A stretch of DNA of 64,000 nucleotides from Eledone cirrhosa (lineage: Eukaryota): NCBI GenBank assembly GCA_964016885.1, contig OZ024763.1, forward strand, positions 27,032,001 through 27,096,000, read 5' to 3'. A program made the translations under genes and the position numbers. Positions 11,883-25,944 of the stretch are shown one piece after another. Positions within the stretch are counted from its first letter, which is position 1; every line of letters starts with the position of its first letter. Below the pieces are notes generated by a model. It saw nothing but the letters and a program-made list of their open reading frames with translations, searched no databases and had not been told where the DNA came from.

Positions 11883-12091
11883 TGTGTGTGTGTGAGAGTC
11901 TCTGGTTCAATCGAGGGGGAAACCACAGTAGGTAAAGTACTCAATACATTAGTAGAGTATATACAAAATATAATATAGAAATAGCTTCTACAGGACTAGA
12001 AATATTTCATTTGAAGGAAATCATCAGGAAAGCCCCGATTTCCTTGAAATGAAAGTTCTAGTCCTGTAGAAGTCATTTCTATATCATTCTG

Positions 12092-12545
12092 TTGACAAAG
12101 GGTTTCTCCCTACGAACGAAAAGCCAGTTATATGATGCCTGTGTGAGATGGGTAGCAACTGCGGAGGATATGCGACGGCTGGAGAGAAATGAGTCAAGCA
12201 TGCTCCGTTGGATGTGCAATGTCAATGTGTGTGAACGACCAAGTATAGACGAGTTGAAAAAGAAACTGGGTATAAGAGGGATAAGTTGTGGTGTGCAGGA
12301 GAGAAGACTGCGATGGTATGGACATGTGATGCGCATGGAGGATGACCGCTGGGTAAAGAAGTGCCAAGAAATCCCAGTAGAAGGAAGATGCAGTAGAGGA
12401 AGACCACGAAAATCATGGGCGGGAGTGGTGAGAGCTGACCTCAGATCGCTGAAATTCACAGATGACGACGAAGGACAGTGACGATGGAGAGATGCTGTGC
12501 TGAATAGGACCCGTCCCACCCTTGCAAGCAGGAAAACTCAGACGT
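12092..12545 (+). mobile_element. RTE-type LINE ORF2 3' fragment
   Basis: LERNESSMLRWMCNV...RRLRWYGHVMRMEDDRWVKK...GRPRKSW, typical of the RTE/Bov-B C-terminus. 5'-truncated. Confidence 0.85.
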
Positions 12546-13139
12546 ATGAAAAGATATATATATATATATATATAAGAATCAAATATACTACTAATATTAT
12601 GTATAGATAATATAGATATAACAAACCTGTTGGTATAAACATCAACACTGGTAGACTCCTTCAGTACAGGAGAGGGGCAGATGATACTCCTGGCTTGTGT
12701 TTGATCAATAGCATCACTCCTTCCCTCTGGCACATAAATTTCTATTTGGTAGTGACCAGTTGTTTCCTCCTACTAAGAAAGAAATACCACCAGGGGTCAG
12801 AAGGTTAATTTATGAGTTTTATTTATTTAGTTTATGTATCATATACAGGGTGTACCCCCAAAATGTATACACGCTTCAACAATATTCTTATAAATATGTG
12901 TATGCATTTTTTTTTTTTTGGGGGGGGGGTCACCCTGTATTTGTGGCTGAATTTTTGTGGTGGTGGTGGAAGGTTATTGTGGCTGAGGGAAGGAAGGGAG
13001 GGAGAATGTAGATTGTGTGTGTGTTGACTGTGTGTGCGCGCGTGCGTCTCTGTGTGTAAGTAGAAGAGAGAGAACCTGAGATGGGAGACACACACATGTA
13101 TGTGTGTCTCCCATCTCACGTTCTCTCTCCCTTCTACTT

Positions 13140-13243
<104 letters not shown>

Positions 13244-13323
13244 CCCAACTCTTGGAGGAGTCGGGGCGCCTTAGAGATGTAGAGTGTGCCTTGGGCATTT
13301 ATAAACCTGGTGGAGCCCATCTC

Positions 13324-13379
<56 letters not shown>

Positions 13380-13391
13380 ACATACGCATGT

Positions 13392-13618
13392 TTAACCCTT
13401 TAGCATTTAAACCGGCCATATCTGGCCAGAATTCTCTCACCTCTTTCTGTTCAAACCGACCGTAACTAGCCACACATACTGATGTTAAGGTATTGTTTTC
13501 AAAGTAAATAATATCATCATCAAAATCTCAGATTCGATGTGAATAATTATGTGAGATCAAGTCTTTACTGTGAAAATACAATAGTAGATATAGAGTAATG
13601 TGAATGCTAAAGTCTTAA
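13392..13618. mobile_element. piggyBac-like non-autonomous MITE
   Basis: TTAA-CCCTTTAGCATT ... AATGCTAAAGTC-TTAA (TIRs plus TTAA target sites). Confidence 0.75.
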
Positions 13619-13959
13619 TACACACAAACACACACACAAACATACATATACACAGCCTTAATATAAACCATCAATACTTACCATAGATATACAGTGTTGT
13701 TTACCATCTCCGGTCAGTTTAAACTGGAGATGGTAGACAGACAGACCAATCTCAGAGATAATATTTACGTTTATGTTGACAGAGGGCAAATGGGTGGGTA
13801 TTGGTGTGGTCAGCCAGAACAATGACGTCCCCTTCTTCTGTAAGGTTGCCAGGACGGGACTGGGTCACTACAAAATTAAAACAATATTTGTTATATGAAC
13901 AGTGTGTGTGTGAGTAGGGGGGTAATTTTTTGCGTGGGGGTTAATTTAGAGAATATAGG

Positions 13960-14220
13960 GTTAACATCAACAATGTGGAGGTAATATGGCTAACATGAAG
14001 AGTGTGGTGTGTGTGTATGTGGGGGGCTAACATGAAGAGTGCGGGGGGGGGGGGGGGGGAACATGGCGAGAGTGTCGTGGGGGGGGGGGGGGGGGGGGGG
14101 TAAACATGGCGATAGTGGGGGGGGGGGGGGGGGCAAACATGGCGAGTGTGTGATGGGGGGGACAAACATGGCGAGAGTGTGTGTGTGTGTGGGGGGCTAA
14201 CATGGAGATAGTGTGGGGGC
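13960..14220 (+). repeat. G-run minisatellite (G)nAACATGGCGAGAGTGTG (copy at 49300-49492)
   Basis: About 7 degenerate units with long G tracts. Confidence 0.8.
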
Positions 14221-14266
14221 TTTTGAACAGGAGGGGATATCAGTATGCGTGTAGTTGTAGAAGGGT

Positions 14267-14361
<95 letters not shown>

Positions 14362-14363
<2 letters not shown>

Positions 14364-14585
14364 GCACGTGGCCTAGTGGTAAGGGTCTTGGACTTACAAT
14401 CATAACATCGTGGGTTCGATTCCTGGGTTCTGTTCTTGAGCAAAACACTTCATTTCACGTTGCTCCAGTAAACTCAGCTGAAAATGAGTACCAACAATAG
14501 ATGGGGGTTTAACCCTGCGATGGACTGGCGCCCTGTCCAGGGTGGAATCTTGTACTCTCAGTCGTTTCAGGCCATAATGCATGGA
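14362..14585 (+). mobile_element. tRNA-derived SINE, second family
   Basis: A box TGGCCTAGTGG, B box GGTTCGATTCC, body CTTGAGCAAAACACTT...CCCTGCGATGGACTGGCG. Confidence 0.8.
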
Positions 14586-14905
14586 AAATCTAAGTCGTCT
14601 AACTACAGAGGTACAACGTCAAACCATTCTAGCCCATTACTATAAACAGTTATTTCAAAAATAAATAGATGATAAATAGAAAAAGAGAAATGGGGAATAC
14701 ATACACAAATATATATATATATATATATATTTATTAAAATAACAGATTAAAGTTTAAGCAAAGAATCGCTGCTTTCACCCTTAACGGGATCTGTTATTTT
14801 AATAAATATTTGCTCTACGGTTCTTATATATTTGATATATATTTATCCTTATCGAGCCCTCTTTGGATTTTAGTCTTCAAATTTATTATTATTACTATAT
14901 GTATA

Positions 14906-14945
<40 letters not shown>

Positions 14946-14984
14946 AGTGAGTTTTATTATTTCTGGAAATATAATATCCCCCAC

Positions 14985-15039
<55 letters not shown>

Positions 15040-15042
<3 letters not shown>

Positions 15043-15776
15043 GGTGGAGGATATTATTATATTGCCAGAAATAATAAAATTCACTTTTTGGTTTGGGTTG
15101 GATTTCACTTCCATATATTTTATATCTATCCCTATAGTTAATTTAACTACCAATCAATGTTTTATTGATTGACCAACAGTTTTATATATATATAGTCTCC
15201 CAGAGTTCTTTCGTCACACACCTTTGACATCAGTGATACTATTGTTTCTTCCTGTTGTATTGTAATGATGGTACAACAACCAATCAAAGGCCATAAGAAA
15301 GATTAAAGTGGTAGAAAAGCCAGGATCTACTATAAAATCCCTGAATTAGGGAAGCAACTGAAATAGAACCAAGAAAACCTAAGTAGAACAGAAAACTTGA
15401 ATGGAACAACAACAACCATACAAATACACACTAGTGACCAAAGATAGAATACAAACACGAACACAAACCAAACAGAAAACGCGCATAGAAACACATTCGG
15501 AAATCGAGACAAATAAATAAACAATTGAATAAGTAAACATTACAATACAACGGGAGGAAACAATAATATCACTGATAATGTCACAAGTGTGTGATGAAAG
15601 AATTCAGACTATAAATAAATATATATATATATAAACAGTTGGTCAATCAATGATAAACATTGATTGCCAGCTAAATTAACTATAGGGATGTAGAATAGAC
15701 GGAAGCCAAAACCAACCCAACCCAAACTGTTTTATTATATATTTCTGGCAATACTATAACAATATGACCCTTCCCA
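15040..15776. mobile_element. MITE/foldback element with ~235-bp terminal inverted repeats
   Basis: 15040-15267 is the inverted complement of about 15538-15776, e.g. CCCTATAGTTAATTTA / TAAATTAACTATAGGG. Confidence 0.8.
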
Positions 15777-15993
15777 AATATAATTTGTTTCGACATACGA
15801 TTTCATATAAAAAAACGTTGCAAACAAATTAGTTCGGATCTAGCTGTCGAAACATCTAGCTTCTGTGTTTTTTTTTCTTTTGTTTTTCCTTTCCCTTTCC
15901 TTTATATTATATTATATTATATATTTGTTTGTGCTTTCGTTCTGTAAATATTGTATTATATTTCTTTTTATAAGAAATATAATACAATTTTAA

Positions 15994-16180
15994 GGGCAGT
16001 AGATTGGCAGTATCAGTAGAGAGTCGGACACCATGCTTTGCAGCATAGAGTCACGGCCCTTTACGCTCTGAGTTCAAATCCCGCTGAGGTTAACTTTACC
16101 TTTCATCCTTACGGCGTCGATAAAATAAAGTACCAGTCATGCACTGGGATAATTGCTGGCCTTGTGCCAAAAGTAGAAAC
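15994..16180 (+). mobile_element. tRNA-derived SINE, near full length
   Basis: B box GAGTTCAAATCCC, body CCTTTCATCCTT...GTCGATAAAATAAAGTACCAGT, tail GGCCTTGTGCCAAAAGTAGAAAC. Many dispersed copies in the window. Confidence 0.85.
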
Positions 16181-16659
16181 AATGATATTTCTTTTTATAC
16201 AAAATAAAATTTAAATCATCTATATTACTTAGATACAACAATACAATAAAAATATTGCAAATGAGAGGTGTCATTTACCTTTAATCTCACCTCTTCCCAT
16301 TAGATCTATATTTTACTTCTGGAATACTGTATTAACATTTATATTTTCATGTCTATATTATTAAGTATTGAGGTTGTTATATAATATTTAGAATACAGTC
16401 TACAGACAAGGAGAAGTAGGGAAAGGATAATTATTTATAAACTGATCTCTCAACTCCATCTTTATTTAGCTTACCCCAGGGTTTCCCAACCTGGGCGATT
16501 TCATATATACGTACACATATATATTCATTAAATAATAACCCTTCTTTAATATTTAACTCTGCACCTTAAGCATTGAGCACACCTCGCTTCGGCTATTGGC
16601 GTCTAGTATACTGTACCACACTTTTTTGTCTCCTCTTTTCTTATGATACATATCTTCTC

Positions 16660-16695
<36 letters not shown>

Positions 16696-16869
16696 GCATA
16701 AACACTTCTATGCAAATACTCATACATATATATTAAAAACACATATATACCAGCATAATAACGATTGACAAACCATCAGGACACATGCTTTGCTTGCTCG
16801 TGTGAAAACCGAACTTGCTACTCTACGTACACTGACGGAAACATATGTACATAAACACACAAATAGAAC

Positions 16870-18440
16870 TGGTATGACTTATATAGGTACATCAAAGATT
16901 TTGTTCCACTATTGAACCATTCGAGGTAGTTAGAACGAAGTAGCAGTGTAGTACTGGGGTCAATTCTTCTATATATCTTTCTTAATTCCTTTCTCTCACT
17001 CTATATCCGTCTCAGGAAAACATAACCTATCTGGGGTAGAGATCGGATCTGTCACCTTATACAAAATACCCCGAACACCCCGAATGTCAATGTGGGACCT
17101 CTACAACCCCCTCACAAGTTATAGGTCCCTACATACATACATAGAAACATCAGAGATATCTTTTATATCTTTCACTCGATAATGCTAGACAAGTATTCCG
17201 TGAGTCAGCAAGTAATATTTGCGATATGACGGGAGAACCTCTCTGAATAAATATTAGATAGTTCAGATGCTACGTAAAGCAGGCGGCGACAACATCGAAG
17301 ACCAGAGATGCCATGTGGAAATGGACATCGACATAACACACATAGGGTTACCTTATAATCATAGACATTTGGGCTTATGAACACACACACACACACACAC
17401 ACATATACATATAAATATATACGGGTGCACAGGTGTACGGAGTTCTCATGTCGCCACTAAGGATTCCGCCAGATGTCCCGTCACACATCTCTACACCTTC
17501 CATTAAATGTTGATTAGTAAATATATAGTAAGTATATATCACATGTAAGAGGGAAAGCCATAGCAAGTGTTGAGGATAAGAGACGTGTGGAATTAATAAT
17601 AAAAATATTGTTAAAATTATTAATAGTAGTAGTTGTCACAATAAAGTGGGGAGGACAACATTATTATAAATACTTATAATTGTTTCTACTTTAGCCACAA
17701 GGCCAGCAAATACCCAGTACATTACTGGTACTTTATTTTATCGACCCCGTAAGGATGAAAGGCATTGTTTAGAGGGCGGTGGATTGGCAGTATCAGTAGA
17801 GGGTCGGACGCCATGCTTTGACGTATAGAGTTACGGCCCTTGCCATTCTGAGTTCAAATCCCGCCGAGGTTAACTTTGCCTTTCATCCTTACAGGGTCGA
17901 TAAAAGAAAGTAGAAGTAATGTACTGGGTAATTGCTGGCCTTGTGCCAAACGTAAAAACAATTATTATAAATACTTATATACACACAAGCTTAAACAGGT
18001 ATACATACGTACGCTTATCTAGACTCGTACGTACATAAACGTTTATAAATAAAAGCCAAAGCTGATAAAAAGAACATAGCTTACCATATCGAATTTGGTA
18101 GGATGCACATAATGTTGCTTCAACATGGTCCCATCATCATTTGCTGATACGATTATTGCATACGCAACACAAGTTTAAAGGGCTATCTGTTTAGAAACCA
18201 TCAAGCCAGGCCACCATCTAGACACTGAGGTATGACAGTTGAAGGACATCAGGTGGTTATAGCTTCAAATCAAACCAAAAGAGATAAAAATAAAATCATG
18301 ATATATTTTCTGAAAACTACAGAATAGTAAAAGACATGTCGACACCTTTGCGGTATTAATAAGACTGAGAAGGGTATGAACGCCACCACGTCAATTAAGC
18401 TTCGAAAATAGAAAGTAGGTTGATATATCTATTAATTTTA
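16870..18440 (-). pseudogene. Decayed TLR-like remnant, subtype D (partner B copy deleted)
   Basis: TWHLW...REVLPSYRK...SMYVCRDL...LCFPE, then NYLEWF (YLEW at 16917-16928). Interrupted by SINEs. Confidence 0.7.
17680..17965. mobile_element. Inverted SINE pair (partial - copy 17680-17765, full + copy 17773-17965)
   Basis: Same family as 15994-16180, with mutually complementary tails. Confidence 0.85.
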
Positions 18441-18444
18441 ATTT

Positions 18445-18915
18445 TCTTCCCCAATTCTGTATTTTGAAGTGCTTTCATTATTTTAAATATCTCTATCACG
18501 TCACTCGTTTGATTAATCTCCTCCAAAGTTGTAATTCTAAGTGTTTGTCCTTGGTATAGTGAACTAATGTTGATATTTTCAAGTCTTGACATTTATATGG
18601 AATAGTGTACTAATATTTAAATAGTCTTTATATTTTTATCCTGCTCCCCTAAGATTTATCTCCTCTAAATTTACAAAAGTTCACATTTCTTTCACAAGAT
18701 AGATCCTTAAATAATTATAGTGTTTTCTGTTTTCTTCTTCTCTTGGTTGCTTCAAGAGCCTCACCGTTTTTACGGATGTCGGTTGACAATTTTCTCAGTG
18801 GTATCATACATATTCATCTAGAGTTTTAGATTTTTCAGCAATTAGCTAGGGAACAGAATGTTTTATTATTTCTATTATCCGTCTCCCTCTTTTGCTTCAA
18901 CATGGTTAGCCATCT
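18445..18915 (-). mobile_element. CR1/L2-type LINE ORF2 C-terminal relic with internal duplication
   Basis: LRITTLEEINQTSDVIEIFKIMK resembles LGLTTLEERRLRGDLIETFKIMKG. Confidence 0.75.
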
Positions 18916-19139
18916 TTCAATTCATATTCATACATATTCACAATTCTTCTGTGAGGGGTATAAGAAGCTCGTTTTTTGCTCCACATTCGATACCAAATCA
19001 TGCTTCCTTTTTATAACTTCGTTGTACAAATATAATAATTAAAGTATATATATATATAAGCAATGTATATATATATATAGCTTCTTCTTAACTCTTTCCC
19101 GAAACATTTATTTCTTCAAAATAAGGTAAGACATATCCC

Positions 19140-19891
19140 GAAAAATAGTGTAAGGTGTCTCAATAATTATTCCATTTCAATCAATTTCTCATTTCAGTTT
19201 CCTTTAAAAATATCTTGGCGTTGAAGATTTGTCCTCATAGTAATTAGCTTGTCTCAAAATTGTTCGCAGTGTTTCCATGTTTAGTGTCACAAACTATCGT
19301 TAATTCATGATTTTGCTCTAATGTAATAAATGTTACTTTTAAAAGAGTGAAGCTCTCAATTTTTTCTTTCTCTTCTATATTGATATCTAATGAATGACAA
19401 ATGTATGTGTTATGTGATAGGAGAAAAACCACACAGCCTTCTTCCCTCGCTATAGAAGGCTAACTGACAATGTCGTTCGTAGGAGTAACAAGTCACCTCT
19501 TACTGCCTTTTATATACCATGTTAACTGGAACGACTTTCCAAGTATGGATACACTCTCTCCTTATCAATATTGTCCGAGTCCGAGGACATTTTCTCCCTG
19601 GTTAAGGAGTGAGATAAAATATTAGGGATCAATCTCTAGCAATAATTTAATTAAATTATATTTAACCAAAGCTGTTATGTCGTGGTTGTTGTTATATTTT
19701 ATAGTCGTGGTTTCAATGTTTATGAGGGGTTGTAGAATTAGTTTTATCTAATTATTATCAAACAAAAATGATGTATATATTGTCGTTGTACGTTGAAATC
19801 ACATATATACATTTATATACACACCAAGGATGGAGGGAAGACGGAATTGAAAACCATTATTGCTGAGCACAACATTGCAGGATCAAATATA

Positions 19892-19924
<33 letters not shown>

Positions 19925-20150
19925 ATCGGGTATGACCATTGATGAATGTCCCTGCAGATCATCAGGTTGTAGGATGAAATCAACCCTAGAGAAATGATAA
20001 GGTATATTTTATGGAAGCTTGAGAAGAATAAAAATGAAAGTGAACCATTTTGAATTAATATCATTGGGAAAGCCATGAAGGCCACTACATCAATTTTTCT
20101 TTTAAATAGAAAGTAGGTTTATAAATTTTAATTTTGATAGTATTTTTGTA
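19140..20150 (-). pseudogene. Decayed TLR-like remnant, subtype 'a'
   Basis: Near-identical to 270-1250. KAVWFFSYHITHTFVI near 19393-19440. Confidence 0.5.
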
Positions 20151-21150
20151 GTTGTCTTGGTAGCCTATTGGTAGGTGTTGGGACAGTGGTGATGCTGGTC
20201 TGGGGTTCAATCTCAATCAGGAATCTCTCGAGAAATTTAATTTTTTTAAATTTTTCATAAAATGAACGAAAAATAGAGATTGCAGGAATCTGACTGAGAT
20301 CGAACCCCAGACCAGCATCTCCATCACCTCTAATACTTACCACTAGTCTACGGAGGCGGTTATAAAAACTTAGTGAAAATTAATATTTATAAACCTACTT
20401 TTTCAATTTTTTATAAAAACAAAATTTCTGTACAAAGTTTTCATGTACACCTGACAGAGATCGAACCCCTAATCAATATCACCACTGTCTCTAATGTCTA
20501 CCACTAGACCACTGAGACGGTTATGAAATCGTAGTGAAAATTAATATTTATAAACTTACTTTTTAATGGTTTTTTATTTTAGAAGAGGTAAACTAAAACT
20601 TAATAATACCCATAGTGTAGAACCAGATAGAGATTAAACCCTAGACCAGGATTTCACCGTTTCTAATACATACCACTGGGCCAGAGAGAATGTACGAATT
20701 CGTAGTGAAAATTAATATTTATAAAACTACATTTTGTTCGGAAGTAATTCAAATAAACTATTGTTTCTGACGGTCCCGTAACAAGTTTAAAGCAGCGATT
20801 CTTTGCTTAAACTTTAATTTGTACTCATAATAAATAAATAAACATATGTATTTATGTGTGTATACATGTATATGCGTTGCTTTGATGCTATTTCTAGCAT
20901 ATTTATTGTTGTTTTTTATGAAAAATACAGAAACCGGAAGTGAAAAGATTGAAATATCTTTGGTCAAAATTCAGGCGAACATTTTTAAACAAAAGGATTT
21001 TTTTTGTAAACAAACTTGAAATTTTTGCCAAGAAACATAACTCTTGCCCGACTTAAACGCAAAAATTGATGCAAAAACTTTGCGTGTGTGCAAATTATAG
21101 GGAGTGTACGAATTCGTTGTGAAAATTAATATTCATAAAACTACATTTTG
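20110..21150. repeat. Palindrome centre with convergent and tandem tRNA-like cassettes
   Basis: Paralog of 1211-2250. Confidence 0.7.
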
Positions 21151-22070
21151 TTCGGTTGAAAACTCGATGTAGTGGCGTTCATGGCTTTTTCGGGACGTCC
21201 TTGAATTCATAAAGTAAATCTAGACTTTATTTCTCATTGCTCTAGGCTTGATTTGAACCTACAACAACTCCGTCTGCAATAATGTCATACCCCATTCCAG
21301 CTTAGTACGTCGAACCCGTAAATTGTTAAACGTGGTTCCTATATATACATGCAAATGAGATTTGAACCTACAATGCTGTGCTTAATTTCTATTAATAAGT
21401 GTGTTTTATAAAAGAAAGTAAAGAAACAATTTAATGAAAGTAAAAAATTTATTTTATTCAGGAATGTTTTTTTTTTATTTTATGTATTCACTTCATTAAC
21501 TGCTGAATAGTTCTCTTGTTTTTGTTTTTGTTTGTTCTTACCATTGTTTACTGTAAATGGTGACTGACGAGACTGGATTATTACCAAGTTTTACTGGATG
21601 ATGGCATTTCCTTATTGCATTATTTTGTTGTCAGTGGACATCTCTCTAAATACCTGGAATAAACATAAGGTGTGTCTTTTACGTAACATTTCATTTAATA
21701 TCTGATGTTCCAATGGATGACTTTTAAAATAAAACCAATAAACAGGACAGGTGGACTCCATTAAAAGAGACCACAGAGATGAGGTACGAATAATCTAAAA
21801 TTAATTTTTAAAAAAGACAATGTTTAAAGAAAGACAAAGATTAAAAAAGGATTTCCAACAAACACGTAAAGGCAAAGACAATCACATCCACAATTTAATA
21901 TCTGAAGATCAACATTTTTCACGATATAAATAAAACTAAATATGTAAAGTTAAGTGACCTCTCATTTATTTGCTCTAACTTTATTTTACTAATCTGTATT
22001 CTGTAGACATATATTTTCGTTGGTGTACATTACGATTTCGTTGATGAAAGTTTTCACTCGTCTTTAGATC
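21120..22070 (+). pseudogene. Decayed TLR-like remnant, subtype A
   Basis: Paralog of 2230-3170. WIITKFYWMMAFPYCIILLSVDI, and DIYFRWC near 22006-22026. Confidence 0.55.
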
Positions 22071-22444
22071 TTTATTTCTTATAAAAGTTATAATACTCAC
22101 CTCCTCTCATTAGATCTCTATTTTACTTCTGGAATACTGTATTAACATTTATATTTTCATCTCGATATTATTAAGTATTAAGGTTGCCATGTATTACAAG
22201 ACAGTATATAAACAAGGGAATATGAGGAGGGGTAATCATTTAAAAACAGCTAACCCCACACTCTGTGTATTTAGATTACCCCAGGGTGTCCCATGGGCGA
22301 TTTCATATATACATACACACATATATATACAAGTTATTGATTACAGAGTCGGGCTAGACCGATACAGAACGAACCTTAAGCTGATGAATAGCGACACGCG
22401 CGCCACGAACCAATAAACGTAATGAAGGTGTACCCATTCGTCCT

Positions 22445-22554
<110 letters not shown>

Positions 22555-22909
22555 TAATTAATTAATTTATTTATTTATTAATTTCCACCTGGAGTTTCGA
22601 CCGATAGATATTATTAGCAATTGGAAAGACCAATGAAAACATTGTTTCGTCGGTCCGATCTGACGAAGGTCGATCGACTGTCTATATATATATATACATA
22701 CCCATACATTCATATTTACTCAATTCTATGTAAATATACATACATATTAAAAACAGATACCATATACCAGCTTAAAAACGATTGACTAACCATCAGGACA
22801 CATGCTTGCTCTTGTTAAAATTTCACAGAGATACTTATGAAAACCGAACTTGCAACGCCACGTACACTTACATACACACACCTGTACATACACAGACGCA
22901 TAGAAAAGG

Positions 22910-24470
22910 TATGACTTATATAGGTACATCAAAGTTAATGTTCCACTATAGCACCATTCGAGGTAGATAAAACGAAGTACCAGTGTAGTACTGGGGTCGA
23001 TTCTTCTTCTATATCTCTTTCTTACTTCCTTTCTCCTACTTTCTCTCCTTCTCTGGTAAATATCTCCTGTGATCAGATCTAGGGTAGAGATGAGATCAGT
23101 CAGCTTTTACAAAATACCCAAGACACCCCGAATATCAACGTGGGGTCACCAAGACTCCCTCTCAAGCTATACGTCCCTACATACATACATAGCAACATCA
23201 GACAGATCCTTTATGTAGATCACTTTTACTCGATGATGGAAGACAAGTTTTCAGTGAGTCAGAAAGGGATATTTGCGATATGAAGGGAGAACCTCTCTGA
23301 ATAAATATTAGATAGTTAAGATGCGACGTAAAGCAGGCGGTGACAACATCGAGGACCAGAGATGCCATGTGGAAATAGACATCGACATATAAATATACAA
23401 AGCTAGGGGGACCTTATCATCGTAGACACTTGGGCTTATGAATACACACACACACACACATAAATATATATTTATATACATACATACATAAATACATACA
23501 TACATACATATATATACGTGTGTGTGTGTGCGTGTGTGTGTGGCTCCTGCAGGACTAGAACGGTTTCATTCGGAAGAAACCAAGGGCTTTCCTGATGATT
23601 TTTTCCGAATGAAACAGTTCTAGTCCTGTAGAAGCCATTTCTATATTAAATATTATTTATTAAGTATTTATAATCTGCTATGTAATGAGTACCTTACTTA
23701 CTGTGGTTACCGCCGATTGAACCCGGGATAAACATATATACGGGTGCACAGGTGTACGGTGTCCTCAAGTTAACACTAAGGATTCCGCTCGATGTCCCGT
23801 CACACATCACTACATCTTCGAGTAAATGTTGATTAGTAAATAAACCGTGTATCTCACATGTAAGAGGAAAACTATAGCAAGTGTTGAGGATAAGAGACGT
23901 GAGAAAATAATAATAATAATAGTGTTACAATTATTAATAGTAGTAGTTGTAATAATAAAGTGAGGGGGGACAACATTATTATAAATAGTTATGTACACAC
24001 AAGCTTACACAGGTACACATTCGTACACGTATCTACACACGTACCTACATAAACGTTTATAAATAAAAGACGAAGCTGATAAAAAGAACATATATTACCG
24101 TATCGCGTTTGGAACGATAGATACACTTGACGTTGAGTTCTTGAATCTGATCCCATCATCGGTTGCTGATACCATTATTGCACACACAACACAAGTTTAA
24201 AGAGCTGCCTGTTTAGAAACAATATTTCCAGGCCACCATCTACTCACTAAGGTATGACAGCTGTAGGACATCACTGGATATCAGCTGGTCGTTGGATGAA
24301 ATAAACCTAGTGATAAGAATAAAAGTCATGATATATTTTCTGAAAAGTAAAAACCATGGCGACTTGTTTGTGGTATTAAAAAGACTGAGAAAGCCATGAA
24401 CACCACCACGTCAATTAAGCTTCGAAAATAGAAAGTAGGTTTATATATATTAATTTTCAGTATATTTTTA
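22910..24470 (-). pseudogene. Decayed TLR-like remnant, subtype D
   Basis: YLEW at 22954-22965, frameshifted LLCMY(x)RD near 23173-23196 and TWHLW near 23356-23370. Confidence 0.65.
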
Positions 24471-24815
24471 TATCCGTCTCGTTGGCCTATTGGTAGGTGT
24501 TAGAGACGGTGAAGATCGAGGTTTGGGGTTCAACCTTAGCCAGGATCTATATAAAATAAGGGGGTTTTACTAATTTTTTTCAGCTTTTTAAAAATGTAAA
24601 AAAGTAGATAAAAAATTTTTTTCATTTTACCATAGATTTTTTTTACGTTTGCATTGAAAAAAGCTGAAAAAAATTAGTAAAACCCCCTTATTTTATATAG
24701 ATCCTGGCCAAGATCGAAACCTAGACCAGGATCTCCACCGTCTCTCATACCTCCCACTAGGCTACAAAGACAGCTTCAAAATAGTATTAAAAATTAATAT
24801 TTATAAACATACTTT
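24431..24815. repeat. Palindrome centre with convergent tRNA-like cassettes and a perfect 51-bp inner inverted repeat
   Basis: 24539-24589 is the exact reverse complement of 24658-24708. Confidence 0.85.
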
Positions 24816-25940
24816 TGATTTTGGAAGATTAATTGAAGTGGTGGCGTTCATGCCTTTCTTAGCGTTGCTGTTATGAGAAAGGGTCGACTTTGTCTTTCAT
24901 AATTCAGGGTCTTTCATGAAGTAAATATTCATTTTATTTCTTAACGCCCTAGTATTGATTTGAACCTACAATGACTTCGTCTGCAATAATGTTCACTAAT
25001 TTCAAATCTGCCATACCTAAATCCTGTGTGCGACTTACAAATAAATTGTTAAATGTCACTTTTATATATTTACCAATGTGAGATTGGAACCTACAGTTAT
25101 GTGCTTTGCAGTAATGTCCCGTAACTCCAACTAGATTGCGCTAAGCTTATATATTTCTTTCGTCCGAACAACATAATGGTTTCGATCCCAGTTCGCTACT
25201 GGTACAAGAAATAATTTAAAGAAATTCTATATCCCCAGCTAAATATTGAACTCCTAACGACATTTTATGTTACTTAATACCAATAACCCCATTACACACT
25301 GAACATCTAAGCCCTGAACACACATTTATATTTATAACTCAATTTCCAATTTTTTAAATGATATTAGACCACCTTTGTGTTCTAGGTGAAAATCCTGTCA
25401 ATATTAATCTACAATTTTATAACTTTAGAGAAGAAAAATAGAGTACCAGTCATTTTATGGGTTCAATTTAATCGATCGGCTTCACCCCGTCAATCACTTG
25501 ACATTTGCCAAACAAAAACACACAAACAGTATATATATACTGTTATACTTGGGGAGGGTCACATTTGCCAAACAAAAACACACAAACAGTATATATATAT
25601 ATATAATACGACAAATTTAAAATAAATTACGTGTTTAATAAAGAAAAAAATTATTGAAAGTAAGAAATTATAATTATTTAGTAATAATATTTTTATTGTT
25701 TGTTTTCACTGCTGAGTGTGACTTAATTTTCTTACTATTTTCTACTGTAAATGGCGGCTGAGACGTTATTGGAGTATTACTAAGGTTTACTGGATGATGT
25801 TGTGTCCTTATTGCTTTATTTTACAAAAAGTACCAGTAATGCACTGGGTAATTGCTGGCCTTGTGCCTAAAGTAGAAACAATTATTTTACAAACAGTGGA
25901 CATCGGAATATCCCTCTATATACCTGGGATAAATGTAAGG
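24780..25940 (+). pseudogene. Decayed TLR-like remnant, subtype B
   Basis: In-frame LRR/LRRCT-like NLKKFYIPS*ILNS*RHFMLLNTNNPI (25213-25293), hydrophobic TM, FYCKWRLRRYWSITKVYW, a SINE-tail insertion at 25827-25885, then LQTVDIGISLY. Confidence 0.6.
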
Positions 25941-25944
25941 AGCA

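Noticed and set aside
21618-21660. 2A/StopGo-like ILLSVDISLN(P)G
   Set aside because: Produced by an 8-nt deletion. Most B copies and the C copies have the longer form without the motif.
24476-24545. Functional tRNA genes
   Set aside because: A/B boxes are present, but I see no acceptor-stem closure or consistent anticodon arm across copies.
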